DNA of 48,527 nt, taken from a virus (taxonomy: Duplodnaviria; Caudoviricetes). The stretch spans positions 1 to 48,527 of the IMG/VR virus record IMGVR_UViG_3300035148_000179; one strand, 5' to 3'. A program made the position numbers and the translations under genes. This document shows positions 33,322 to 42,510 of this stretch, in pieces (the first letter of the stretch is position 1; every line of letters begins with the position of its first letter). Below the pieces are notes generated by a model, which was not told where the DNA came from, did no database searches, and was given only the letters and a program-made list of their open reading frames with translations.

Positions 33322-33348
33322 ACCATAGGGAAAACCGCGTTATGTCAA
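33322..33348 (-). promoter_or_regulatory. Leftward sigma70-like promoter candidate
   Basis: TTGACA (33348-33343) and TATGGT (33327-33322); the spacer is only 15 nt. Confidence 0.45.
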
Positions 33349-33424
33349 ACCCCTCCCCCACTGGCCACGGGGGGTGGGGGTGGCCCCCTTTCCTATCTCA
33401 CTCAGGCATATCAGATCGAAAAAT

Positions 33425-33453
33425 TTGACATACCCACGTTCTACCCCTATCCT
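33425..33453 (+). promoter_or_regulatory. Rightward sigma70-like promoter
   Basis: TTGACA-17 nt-TATCCT, preceded by an A-tract. Confidence 0.7.
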
Positions 33454-33459
33454 GCCCGC

Positions 33460-33843
33460 ATGAGCTCACTCCTCCCAGACATATGGTCCAAGACCTTCCT
33501 CTCGAAGATGAAAGACCGTAGCCGGTTCGAGGACCTGGTCTCCCCCGCGCACCTGGAGCCCCGGGACACATGGGCGCCAAGCGGCGAAACCTTCGAGGAA
33601 GCCGTGGCCTGGGCCCGCCTCCTCAACATCACAGTCACCAAGCCACGTCAGGGCGCCATGGCCGAGAACTTCGTCCTTACCGCGCCTGGCGCCATCCCAC
33701 GAATGATTCCCATCTGCTCACCCACGGAGCTGATTGATGTCCTACGCCGCCTTGCAAGCAGCACCTCCAACACCTTCATCCACGAAGCGCCGAGTCCGGC
33801 ACAACCAAAGGTATGCCATGGCCGTATCACCGTTCGCCGCTGA
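33460..33843 (+). CDS. Hypothetical protein, 127 aa (possibly leaderless)
   Basis: ATG lies 7 nt after the -10 box; no SD. Confidence 0.55.
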   Translation: MSSLLPDIWSKTFLSKMKDRSRFEDLVSPAHLEPRDTWAPSGETFEEAVAWARLLNITVTKPRQGAMAENFVLTAPGAIPRMIPICSPTELIDVLRRLASSTSNTFIHEAPSPAQPKVCHGRITVRR

Positions 33844-34039
33844 GCTCGAGACGTACGCTAAGATGATCGGCGGCAATATGATCTACATCGCCGAGCATCA
33901 GTCGTGGACCATCACGTTCCCGACGCCAGACGGCAAGGCGGCAATGATTCGAATCGACGAAGGCACTCCGCTAGACGACGCGGTGGCAGCCTTGGCTACC
34001 GCGTACCAGGAAACCCACCGGAGAACGACTGATGTCTGA
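33818..34039 (+). CDS. Hypothetical protein
   Basis: Start MAVSPF at 33818 with AAGG RBS. Confidence 0.6.
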   Translation: MAVSPFAAELETYAKMIGGNMIYIAEHQSWTITFPTPDGKAAMIRIDEGTPLDDAVAALATAYQETHRRTTDV

Positions 34040-34220
34040 GAAAGTGAAAGTGAACATCTACATGAGCCCTGACATGCTCACGGCTCTGAAACGCCTCGCG
34101 CGCCTCACCGACCGGCCATATGCCGAAGTCGTGCGGCTCGCGTGCAAGCAGTACATCCTGGCGAACGCCGAGAGCATCGCGGCGGAACGCAAGGCCATGG
34201 ACAAGGTGAGCAATCCGTGA
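34032..34220 (+). CDS. Ribbon-helix-helix DNA-binding protein
   Basis: KVKVNIYMSPDMLTALKRLARLTDRPYAEVVRLACKQYI fits the CopG/Arc-like pattern. Confidence 0.75.
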   Translation: MSEKVKVNIYMSPDMLTALKRLARLTDRPYAEVVRLACKQYILANAESIAAERKAMDKVSNP

Positions 34221-34687
34221 CCAACCCCATGCCGGTCCCCGCTGGCGTATCCCAGGCCGACGCGCGTCTGGCATGGGAACTCGTGGCCGGGATCTCGTCG
34301 ATCGGCGACATCATGCGCCGGCACAACCTTGGCTTCGACGAACTCGATGCCAAGAAACGTGACCCTGTGTTTGCCACCATGCTCGAGCAGTACAAGAAGC
34401 ACTGGAACTCTGAGCTGTCGGTGAACCAGCGCGTCACGCTCAAGGCGGCGCTGCTGACCGAAGACTCCCTGCTGGACGTGTACGCGATCATCAAGGACGT
34501 CGAGGCCAGCCCGGGGCAGAAGCTCGAGGCGTTCGGCGCGCTTGCGAAGGCAGGCGAGGTCGGCGCCCAGCGCAAGGACACTGGGGGGCCAGGCTCCCCG
34601 GTACACATCACGATCAACGTGCCGGGCAAGTCGGGAGTTACAATAGACGCTACTCCGATAGAGGAGATCAGCGATGACAACGCCTAG
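34217..34687 (+). CDS. Putative terminase small subunit
   Basis: GTG start overlaps the upstream stop. N-terminal HTH-like segment, helical core, C-terminal VHITINV strand; lies upstream of terL. Confidence 0.55.
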   Translation: MTNPMPVPAGVSQADARLAWELVAGISSIGDIMRRHNLGFDELDAKKRDPVFATMLEQYKKHWNSELSVNQRVTLKAALLTEDSLLDVYAIIKDVEASPGQKLEAFGALAKAGEVGAQRKDTGGPGSPVHITINVPGKSGVTIDATPIEEISDDNA

Positions 34688-34886
34688 CTGTTCAGGCTGT
34701 AAGTACGCGTCTGGCCCTCTCCCTCCTCCTGGACATGAGGCCGGGCAGTACTTCTGCCATCGATACCCGCCAAGCCGCCACGTACCTGAGTGGCATGGCG
34801 TCTTCCCGCTCGTACGCGACTGCTGCTGGTGCGGCGAGCATAAACCGGGCACACCTACGCCGCCCGACATTGGAGATATTCCGTGA
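34674..34886 (+). CDS. Small Cys-rich protein
   Basis: CSGCKY...CHRYPP...FPLV...WCGEH. Confidence 0.65.
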   Translation: MTTPSCSGCKYASGPLPPPGHEAGQYFCHRYPPSRHVPEWHGVFPLVRDCCWCGEHKPGTPTPPDIGDIP

Positions 34887-35182
34887 CCGATGAAATCCCT
34901 CAGACTGGTGAAGTCCTGCAGGCCGCGCCGGCGGATCCCGCCAAGGTTTGGCCGCAAGAGCCCCCTGCTCACACGCACGTGTACGGGTTCATCGACCCGG
35001 CGTGGAACGTGCAGATGGTGGCTATGACCGTCGATACCTGGCAGGACATCATCAGGGACGTGAAGATCATGAAGGCCAGGCTCGATCAGCTTTCGGCCGA
35101 GAACATCGAATTCAGGCAGGGTCGCAATCCTGCCGGCGAGGGTGGTAGGATCCTCACCCTCGATAAGCTCCGCAACAACTGA
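34883..35182 (+). CDS. Hypothetical protein
   Basis: GGAG RBS, GTGA overlap. Confidence 0.65.
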   Translation: MTDEIPQTGEVLQAAPADPAKVWPQEPPAHTHVYGFIDPAWNVQMVAMTVDTWQDIIRDVKIMKARLDQLSAENIEFRQGRNPAGEGGRILTLDKLRNN

Positions 35183-35191
35183 GGCAGCATC

Positions 35192-35803
35192 ATGCGCACG
35201 GACACGTTTTCGAAATGGGCGCTGGGCGCCCTGGTTCTTCTCACCGTTCTGGTGTTCGTCCTCCTGGGTCGCTCGGTGCACGCTGCCGACGCCACGCTGA
35301 CGTGGACGCACCCGACGCAGCGCGTGGACAATACGCCCATCACGCTCGCTGACATCCGTGAAACCCAGCTCGACTGGGGTGTGTGCGGAGTTGGCAATAC
35401 GTTCCCCGCCACGCCTGCCGGCACGAAGGCTGTGCCAGCGCCGGGTACTACGACCGTGGTGACTGGGCTTGCGTATGGGACCTGGTGCTTCCGCGCGCGG
35501 AGCGTCGACACTGGCGGTCTGGTATCGGACAACACCGGCACTGTGTGGAAGCAGTTCATTGCTCCTCCGAAGCCGCCGGTGCTGAGCGCCACGATTACCG
35601 TCGCCTACGAGATCAACATGAACTCGTGGGGCGAGATCAAGTTGGGCGCGCGGGTCGGTACGGTTGAACAGGGAGCTCCCTGCGTCGACAACCCGATTAT
35701 GACCAACAAGGGTGAGTACTTCGAAATCGACCGTGCCAACGTGGTGCTGTCGAAGGAACCGAAGTCCTCGATCATCGTCACCCAGTGCAGCTGGCAGGGA
35801 TGA
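35192..35803 (+). CDS. Signal-peptide protein with fibronectin type III-like domain
   Basis: Hydrophobic signal ending VHA|A; ATLTWTHP...VTGLAYGTWCFRARSVD. Confidence 0.7.
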   Translation: MRTDTFSKWALGALVLLTVLVFVLLGRSVHAADATLTWTHPTQRVDNTPITLADIRETQLDWGVCGVGNTFPATPAGTKAVPAPGTTTVVTGLAYGTWCFRARSVDTGGLVSDNTGTVWKQFIAPPKPPVLSATITVAYEINMNSWGEIKLGARVGTVEQGAPCVDNPIMTNKGEYFEIDRANVVLSKEPKSSIIVTQCSWQG

Positions 35804-35919
35804 AGCCGATCGACTATTTCAACCTGGCCAGGCTGCTAGTGATAGCAGCCTTGGTCTATCTCCTCGTCACTGTCTGCGCGGGCTCTGACGGCGCGTGGCT
35901 GTGGCCTTCAAAGGTGTAA
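35800..35919 (+). CDS. 39-aa membrane peptide (absent from the ORF track)
   Basis: ATGA overlap; MKPIDYFNLARLLVIAALVYLLVTVCAGSDGAWLWPSKV*. Confidence 0.5.
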   Translation: MKPIDYFNLARLLVIAALVYLLVTVCAGSDGAWLWPSKV

Positions 35920-35923
35920 TCCA

Positions 35924-36136
35924 ATGAATCCTACTGCACAAGGCGCAGTCCGATCGAAGGCGATCTGGCTCGGTTTCCTGATCATGCTGATGGGCTACCT
36001 GCAAGCCAACATCGCGACACTGGCTCCGTGGGTGGATCAAAAGTACATCGGCCTGGGCAACATGCTTCTCGGCCTGTTCGTGATGATCGTGCGGTTCTAC
36101 ACGGATCAGTCGCTGGCCGATAAGGGCCGCGCGTAA
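35924..36136 (+). CDS. Putative holin (2 TM)
   Basis: 70 aa, two hydrophobic helices, charged C-terminus RFYTDQSLADK. Confidence 0.55.
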   Translation: MNPTAQGAVRSKAIWLGFLIMLMGYLQANIATLAPWVDQKYIGLGNMLLGLFVMIVRFYTDQSLADKGRA

Positions 36137-36139
36137 CGC

Positions 36140-37525
36140 GTGGACCTGAACTACACTCCGCCGCCCACCCTTGGGCGGTTCATGGCTTCGGATGCCCGGG
36201 TCCGCATCGTTCGCGGACCCGTTGGTTCGGGTAAATCTACCGTCATGGTAGTAGAGATGCTGCGCCGCGCATGCGAGCAAGCTCCCGGGCCTGATGGCAT
36301 CCGACGCACCCGGGGTGTGATTGTCCGAAACACTCTCGGCCAATTGCTCACGACCTCGCTCGAGACCATCAAGACAGTGATCCCGCCGGAGATCATGTCG
36401 TACAAGGTCAGCACCCACACGGTGCACATCCGGTTCAACGACGTCGACTCAGAGTGGATCCTCCTCCCACTCGATACGCCAGAGAACGTCCGGCGCCTGC
36501 TGTCGTTGGAGATCACATTCGCCTGGCTGTCTGAGCTGCGCGAGATCCCCGTGAAGATCCTCGAAGACGTGTTCGGCCGTTGCGGCCGCTACCCGTCGAA
36601 GATGCGCGGAGGCCCCACGTGGTATGGCGTCTTCGGTGAGACGAACTCGTTCAGCGAGGACGACGCGTGGTTCACCAGGCTCGAGCTCGAGCGGAATCCC
36701 AGCTGGGGCTACTTCATACAGCCGGGCGCGCGGGACCCGGGGGCCGAGAACCTCGAGAACCTGCAGCCCAACTACTACGCTGACCTGGTAGAGAACAACA
36801 CGTTCGAGTGGACCGAGCAGTACATCGACAACAAGGTGACGCCTTCGCTGTCAGGCGAGGCTGTCTTTCGTGCGTCGTTCCGTCCGGACTTCCATATCGC
36901 GAGCCAGATCCTCCAACCGGTGCCGCACACCATGCTGATTACCGGCATGGACTTCGGACGGTCGCCGGCGGCGGTCATCACCCAGATGGATCCGCGCGGC
37001 CGCATCCTCGTACTTGCGGAGAGCATCAGTGAAAACATGGGAATCGAGCAGTTCTGCGCTACGCAGTTCCGCCCAATCATTGCTGAGACACAGTTTGCTC
37101 GCCTACCTATCGGTGTCGTTGGCGATCCTGCTGGCCGCATCCGTTCTCAGATTGGCGAAGAAAGCATATTCGACGCGCTCAAGAGACTCGGGCTGAGCGC
37201 GCAGCCGGCGCAGACCAATGCCATCGACCCCAGGCTCCGCGCCGTCGAGAAATGGTTCCTACAACAGCGGGATGGTGGCCCCGCGATCGTGATCAGTCCT
37301 CGCTGCGAGAACCTGATACGTGCGCTACGGGCGAAGTATCGGTATGCTAAGCGCAAGGATGGCCAGCTGCACCCCGAACCGGTCAAGGACCACCCCTGGT
37401 CCGACATCGCGGACGCCCTGCAGTACGCTGTCCTTGGACATTCGACCCGAGTCACGGCAAGATTCATGCGCCCGAGGCGTGATGAGTCCCGAACTCAGGT
37501 CCCGAGACCCTCCGGGTGGACCTAA
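36140..37525 (+). CDS. terL: Terminase large subunit
   Basis: Walker A GPVGSGKS, IVRNT, WLSE, nuclease GMDFG, GDPAG, HPWSDIADALQY. Confidence 0.92.
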   Translation: MDLNYTPPPTLGRFMASDARVRIVRGPVGSGKSTVMVVEMLRRACEQAPGPDGIRRTRGVIVRNTLGQLLTTSLETIKTVIPPEIMSYKVSTHTVHIRFNDVDSEWILLPLDTPENVRRLLSLEITFAWLSELREIPVKILEDVFGRCGRYPSKMRGGPTWYGVFGETNSFSEDDAWFTRLELERNPSWGYFIQPGARDPGAENLENLQPNYYADLVENNTFEWTEQYIDNKVTPSLSGEAVFRASFRPDFHIASQILQPVPHTMLITGMDFGRSPAAVITQMDPRGRILVLAESISENMGIEQFCATQFRPIIAETQFARLPIGVVGDPAGRIRSQIGEESIFDALKRLGLSAQPAQTNAIDPRLRAVEKWFLQQRDGGPAIVISPRCENLIRALRAKYRYAKRKDGQLHPEPVKDHPWSDIADALQYAVLGHSTRVTARFMRPRRDESRTQVPRPSGWT

Positions 37526-37546
37526 AACAGCGAGTGAATCCCGAAA

Positions 37547-39619
37547 ATGGCTGCAATTCCGATGCCCCAAGGCCGTGGAACCCTCCGGGTAGTGAGCCCG
37601 AAGGGCCTGCAGGACGCTGAGAAGGTCGCAAAAGCGATCGATACGGCCAAGGAGCCGGTTCTTGACGACCTCGCAGCCCACGTCAGGCGGAAATTTGACG
37701 CCGCGAAGCGCCATCGGACGAGTTCCCTGGTCGATTTGAAGCTCATCACTGCCATGCGCGCCTTCAACGGGGAGTACAGCCCCGAAAAGAAGGCCGAAAT
37801 CTCGAAATTTGGGGGTTCAGAGGTCTACGCTAGGGTCACAGCGACCAAGTGCAGGGCCGCGACGGCGCTTTTGCGCGACATTTACCTGTCAGCGGAGCGT
37901 CCGTGGAGCATCGAGCCCACCCCGGTGCCGAAACTGCCCGGTTCCGTCGAGCAGGACATCGCAACCGTGGTCGGAGGCGAGGCCCTGAACCTGATCATGA
38001 ACGGCCAGCCGGTCGACAAGACCGCCGTGGCCAAGCGGAAGCAGGAATTGACCATTGCCGCCCTCCTGGAGGAGCGGAAGAAGGCCGCGATCCAGGCTAC
38101 GGCGGCCGAACGCAAGATGGACGACATTCTGATCGAAGGCAGCTTCTGGAACGCCTTCTCTGAGTTCCTGGCTGACCTCCCCGTGTACCAGTGCGCCATC
38201 ATCAAGGGCCCGACCGTGCGAAACACGGAGCGGCTCGAGTGGTCGGAGACCGGGGAACCGAAGATCAGCCAGCGGCCGCAGTTCTTCTGGGACCGCGTCT
38301 CGCCGTTCGACCTCTGGTTCACTCCCGGCGCGACGAGCATGCTCCGCACCGATACATTCGAGCGGCAGCGCTTCACGATCTCTGACCTGTACGACCTGAT
38401 CGGCCTTCCCGGCTACCGCGAGGAGGCGATCCGCGACGTGATCAACCGCTTCGAGACGGGTGGGCTCCGCGAGTGGGGCCTGACGTTCGAGGAGGAGCGT
38501 CGACAGATGGAGAATCGCGGCGACTCCAGTTCCGCCGACGATCAGCTCATCGACTGCATCGAATTCCAGGGCTTCGTGCTCGGCAAGCACCTCACGGACT
38601 ACGGCATCAAGTCCGTGAACGATCCGCAGAAGCCGTACTTCATTACGTGCTGGCTGATTGACCGCCATGTGATCAAGGCCATGCTCAACCCGAACCTGCG
38701 CAAGCGGCCGAACTACTACCTCACGAGTTTCGACAAGATGCCTGGCACCATCTACGGTTCCGGCATCGCGGAGCTGATGGGCGACGTCCAGGACGTCATG
38801 AACGCGACGCTGCGTTCGCTCGTGAACAATATGTCGATCGCCTCCGGCCCGCAGGTGTTCTACAACGAGGAGCTGGTCAACCCCAACCAGGACGACTCGC
38901 TATACCCGTGGAAGCGATGGAAGTTCACGACTGATCCGGCCAACCCTGGCGGCCAGCCGGTAGGCTTCTTCCAGCCGAGCTCGAACGCGCAGGAACTTCT
39001 GTCCGTGTTCGGCTCGTTCAACATTCTGGCCGACGAGGTGTCGGCGATCCCGCGCTACATGACCGGCGATAACCGCGTTGGCGGTGCTGGCCGGACTGCG
39101 TCGGGCCTGGCCATGCTCATTTCGAACGCCAACAAGGCGCTCCAGAACGTGGCCGAGAATATCGACCGCGACGTGTTTGGTCCGCTGCTGCAAGCGCTGT
39201 ACGATCTCGTGATGCTGACAGACGACAGCGGTCTCCTGCGAGGAGACGAGTCGATCAAGGTCAACGGCGTACGCAACGTGCTGAAGCAGGAGCAGGACCG
39301 GGTCAGGCAGCTCGAGTTCCTCCAGCTCACGGCGAACCCGATCGATGCACCGATCGTCGGACCGAAGCGAGCGGAGATCCTGCAGCAAGTCGCAAACCGG
39401 ATCGGGCTCGAAGTGGACATCCCAGATCCGGGCGATCAGAATGCCGCGCAGGTTGGGAACCCTGCGGTTCCTCCGGGCATCGAAGGCGGTGCGGCAGTGC
39501 AGGCTGGGTTCAACCCCGCCGGCACCGCGACGCCCACGCCGGCGGTCTCGGACAACTCGCAGCCCAGGCTCCAGACCATGTCGACAAACAACGTGTCAGC
39601 TCGCAACAACATCGGGTAA
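37547..39619 (+). CDS. Portal protein
   Basis: 690 aa immediately after terL; RVSPFDL, NNMSIASGPQ, GRTASGLAML. Confidence 0.85.
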   Translation: MAAIPMPQGRGTLRVVSPKGLQDAEKVAKAIDTAKEPVLDDLAAHVRRKFDAAKRHRTSSLVDLKLITAMRAFNGEYSPEKKAEISKFGGSEVYARVTATKCRAATALLRDIYLSAERPWSIEPTPVPKLPGSVEQDIATVVGGEALNLIMNGQPVDKTAVAKRKQELTIAALLEERKKAAIQATAAERKMDDILIEGSFWNAFSEFLADLPVYQCAIIKGPTVRNTERLEWSETGEPKISQRPQFFWDRVSPFDLWFTPGATSMLRTDTFERQRFTISDLYDLIGLPGYREEAIRDVINRFETGGLREWGLTFEEERRQMENRGDSSSADDQLIDCIEFQGFVLGKHLTDYGIKSVNDPQKPYFITCWLIDRHVIKAMLNPNLRKRPNYYLTSFDKMPGTIYGSGIAELMGDVQDVMNATLRSLVNNMSIASGPQVFYNEELVNPNQDDSLYPWKRWKFTTDPANPGGQPVGFFQPSSNAQELLSVFGSFNILADEVSAIPRYMTGDNRVGGAGRTASGLAMLISNANKALQNVAENIDRDVFGPLLQALYDLVMLTDDSGLLRGDESIKVNGVRNVLKQEQDRVRQLEFLQLTANPIDAPIVGPKRAEILQQVANRIGLEVDIPDPGDQNAAQVGNPAVPPGIEGGAAVQAGFNPAGTATPTPAVSDNSQPRLQTMSTNNVSARNNIG

Positions 39620-39623
39620 CATC

Positions 39624-39767
39624 ATGGCTAGCAAGAAAGGTTTCATGGAAGGCATGCGTGAGAAGCGCATGGGCAAGTCAGGATCCAAGCGCCACGAGGC
39701 GATGGAGTCGAAGTCGTACAAGGCCGCAGAGCGCAAGGGCGAGAAGAAGTCCAAGCGCGGCTGCTGA
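39624..39767 (+). CDS. Small Lys/Arg-rich protein
   Basis: MASKKGF...KSKRGC, starting just after the portal stop. Confidence 0.55.
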   Translation: MASKKGFMEGMREKRMGKSGSKRHEAMESKSYKAAERKGEKKSKRGC

Positions 39768-39780
39768 TCAGGAGAATCGC

Positions 39781-39969
39781 ATGTCCAGCTCGTACCAGGC
39801 GTCGAAGACGCACGTGAAGTTCCCGGTGTCGAAGGGCTCGCCGAAGCCGACGAAAGTCGTCTCGAGCGGCAAGGGCGCCTTCGTTCCGACGTCGGCTGAC
39901 TGTTCGAAGGCGGGCGAGTCCATGGCCGGCAAGCCGGGCAAGGGCTTCACCGCGAAGGGGACTGGCTGA
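39781..39969 (+). CDS. Small basic protein
   Basis: AGGAG RBS before ATG 39781. Confidence 0.6.
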   Translation: MSSSYQASKTHVKFPVSKGSPKPTKVVSSGKGAFVPTSADCSKAGESMAGKPGKGFTAKGTG

Positions 39970-40190
39970 TGGCTAGCACCCCCGGCAAGCCGTACCCGAA
40001 GAACGGGCAGTTCGGCAAGCGCGAGATGGCTCCGGGCAAGAGCGTGAGCGAGCAATCGCTCATGTTCGGCGAGACTGTGCAGCTTCCGGGCGGAGTCGAT
40101 CCGCTCCGGAAGTACACGCGCAACTACACCCCGGGCGACCCGGAATCCGCTGGTCAGATCATCCCGCCGTCGAGCCTTAGCGACCGATGA
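39969..40190 (+). CDS. Hypothetical protein
   Basis: TGATG coupling. Confidence 0.6.
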   Translation: MASTPGKPYPKNGQFGKREMAPGKSVSEQSLMFGETVQLPGGVDPLRKYTRNYTPGDPESAGQIIPPSSLSDR

Positions 40191-40405
40191 TCAAGGGTAT
40201 GTTCCGAGCCACGGCGGACCAACAGGTCCTCGCCGAGCTGAGGACTTCCTCGCAATTCCGATTTTGTATTGATAAGATCCGTAAGGCTCAGGTCGATGCG
40301 ATGGCGGATCTAATGTACGCAACCCCACAAGATCTACCTGCGAAGCAGGGTTACGCCCGCGCGCTGACCGAGCTCGTCAACGAACTCACAAATTCCGGAG
40401 AATGA
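40187..40405 (+). CDS. Small head-module protein
   Basis: ATGA coupling; QGYARAL motif; precedes the scaffold gene. Confidence 0.65.
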   Translation: MIKGMFRATADQQVLAELRTSSQFRFCIDKIRKAQVDAMADLMYATPQDLPAKQGYARALTELVNELTNSGE

Positions 40406-41409
40406 CCATGTCGGCGACCCCGCGCGCAGTGAAACGTCAGGTTGAAGAAGCGAATCGACTCCTCGCCACTCTCTCGGCCAAGCCTGGCGAGACGCCGCCG
40501 GCCCCCGCCGCCGACGCACCGCCGCCGCCGACGGACAATACGCCGGCTCCGACGGACAATACGCCGGCCGCCGCTGCTCCTGCGCCTGCGCCTGCGCCTA
40601 CTACGACAGTCAGCGACGCCCCTCCTCCGCCGGCCCCCGAGCCGACTCCGGACTTCCAGCAGAAGTACAGTGTCCTGAAGGGCAAGTACGACAAGGAGAT
40701 TCCGGAGCTCAAGGCTACGGTCTCAGAGTTGGTAGAACGCAACCGTCAGCTCGAGAACATGATCGCGCAGCTGGCTGATCGCGCTGTGCCTGTCCCGCCG
40801 ACCGCAACTTCGTCGAAGCTGATCAAGCCGGAAGAACAGGAGGAGTATGGCGCGGAGTTCTTCGATGTCGTCGGTCGCCGCGCGAAAGAGATCGTCGAAG
40901 CAGAGCTCGCTCCCTTACGGCAGCGGGTGGAACAGCAGAACGCCCACACTGGCCGTGTGAGCGAGGAACAGCGCAAGCAAGCAATTGCGGAAGCCCTGAC
41001 TGATAGCGTCCCCGGGTGGGAGGCGATCAACACGAGCCAGGACTTTCTTGCATGGCTGGGGAATCGTGATGTATTCTCTGGCAAGGTGAAGCGTGAGCTT
41101 CTAACTGAGGCCTTCCAGGACGGCGACGCGGCCCGCGTTGTCGGTTTCTTCAAGGCCTTTCAGGAAGACTCGGCCTCGGCACCAGCTCCGACAGCACGGA
41201 CCCCGTCCGTAGACGCCGGAACACTGGTTGCCCCAGGGACTCCCCGCAGCGGTAGTCCGGCTGAAGCTCCTGGTGGTGGCCGCATGTGGACGCAGGCTGA
41301 AGTGAGCCAGTTCTATGCGGATGCGCGTCGCGGGCGGATCCCTGCTGAGCGGAAAGCTCAGATTGAAAAAGAGATCATCCGTGCGGCGGCAGAAGGGCGT
41401 GTGACGTAA
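40402..41409 (+). CDS. Capsid scaffolding protein
   Basis: Pro/Ala-rich N-terminus, YSVLKGKY, coiled coils; directly upstream of the capsid gene. Confidence 0.75.
   Translation: MTMSATPRAVKRQVEEANRLLATLSAKPGETPPAPAADAPPPPTDNTPAPTDNTPAAAAPAPAPAPTTTVSDAPPPPAPEPTPDFQQKYSVLKGKYDKEIPELKATVSELVERNRQLENMIAQLADRAVPVPPTATSSKLIKPEEQEEYGAEFFDVVGRRAKEIVEAELAPLRQRVEQQNAHTGRVSEEQRKQAIAEALTDSVPGWEAINTSQDFLAWLGNRDVFSGKVKRELLTEAFQDGDAARVVGFFKAFQEDSASAPAPTARTPSVDAGTLVAPGTPRSGSPAEAPGGGRMWTQAEVSQFYADARRGRIPAERKAQIEKEIIRAAAEGRVT
40528..40568 (+). repeat. 21-bp tandem duplication (PTDNTPA x2)
   Basis: CCGACGGACAATACGCCGGC repeated with period 21. Confidence 0.9.
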
Positions 41410-41436
41410 CCATCATGAGCACGGAGTCTTTCAATC

Positions 41437-42432
41437 ATGGCATATCCAATTTCTGGCAGTCCGTATAGCGGTTCTGCTGCAAGTCCGGCCTACGCCGGCG
41501 TCTTCATCCCGACCATCTGGGCGGGCAAGTTCGTCGAGAAGTTCTACGACGCGACGGTCCTGGCTGCGATCGCCAACACGGATTACGAAGGCGAAATCCG
41601 CAACATGGGCGACACGGTCAAGATCCGGACCCGTCCGACGATCTCGATCGCCAACTACGAGGCCACGCAGGCCCTCGTGGTCACCCGTCCGAGCGCGCCT
41701 TCTGTTGACCTGAACATCAACAAGGGCAAGTACTTCAACACGGTCCTCGACGACGTGATGGAAGTGCAGGCTGACGCCGACCTTCTGAGCCTGTGGGCGG
41801 ACGACGCCTCCGAGCAGATGAAGATCGCGGTCGACACCGACGCGCTGGCCTACAGCGTGTGGAACACCGGCACCGTCGCGGCCAACAAGGGCCAGACCGC
41901 CGGCCGTCTCAGCGGTGACATCCGCCTCGGCATCACGACCGCCCCGGCGTACGTGAACGTGGCTGCCCAGGGCACCGGCGCTGGCGACACGAACGCGAAC
42001 GATCGTTCGGTCATCGACCACCTGGTCGACATGGGCCAGGTTCTGGACGAGCAGAACATCCCGGAAAACGGCCGCTTCGTGATCGTCCCGGCGTGGTACG
42101 CCTCGATGATCAAGCGTTCGGAACTCCGTGATGCGTCGATCGCCGGTGACGGCGTGTCGATGCTGCGCAACGGCCGACTCGGCATGGTGGATCGCTTCAC
42201 GATCTACGTGTCGAACCTGCTGCCGTCGGGCGTCGCGGGTGGAATCGCTGCTGGTGAGTTCGCGATCTACGCGGGCCACAAGCAGGGCCTCACCTTCGCG
42301 TCGCAGATGACCAAGGTCGAGACGCTCCGTTCCGAGAGCACGTTCGGCACCCTGCTCCGTGGCCTCCAGGTCTACGGTCTGGGCGTGGTCGACGGCACGT
42401 GTCTCGTGACGAGCATCGTCGCCAAGGGCTAA
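41437..42432 (+). CDS. Major capsid protein (HK97 fold, P22-coat-like)
   Basis: FIPTIW, NTDYEGEI..GDTVKI, RGLQVYG; strong codon bias; followed by a terminator. Confidence 0.88.
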   Translation: MAYPISGSPYSGSAASPAYAGVFIPTIWAGKFVEKFYDATVLAAIANTDYEGEIRNMGDTVKIRTRPTISIANYEATQALVVTRPSAPSVDLNINKGKYFNTVLDDVMEVQADADLLSLWADDASEQMKIAVDTDALAYSVWNTGTVAANKGQTAGRLSGDIRLGITTAPAYVNVAAQGTGAGDTNANDRSVIDHLVDMGQVLDEQNIPENGRFVIVPAWYASMIKRSELRDASIAGDGVSMLRNGRLGMVDRFTIYVSNLLPSGVAGGIAAGEFAIYAGHKQGLTFASQMTKVETLRSESTFGTLLRGLQVYGLGVVDGTCLVTSIVAKG

Positions 42433-42461
42433 TCTCTCACCCCCTCATGGGGACTGGCCCT

Positions 42462-42500
42462 AGGGGGGTCACTCTGAAAAGGGTGACCCCCCTTCTTCTT
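42462..42500 (+). terminator. Intrinsic terminator after the capsid gene
   Basis: AGGGGGGTCACTCT-GAAA-AGGGTGACCCCCCT followed by TCTTCTT. Confidence 0.85.
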
Positions 42501-42510
42501 GGAGATACCC

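Noticed and set aside
34058-35311. 417-aa minus-strand ORF
   Set aside because: Overlaps several coupled plus-strand genes with RBSs; composition is typical of a shadow frame.
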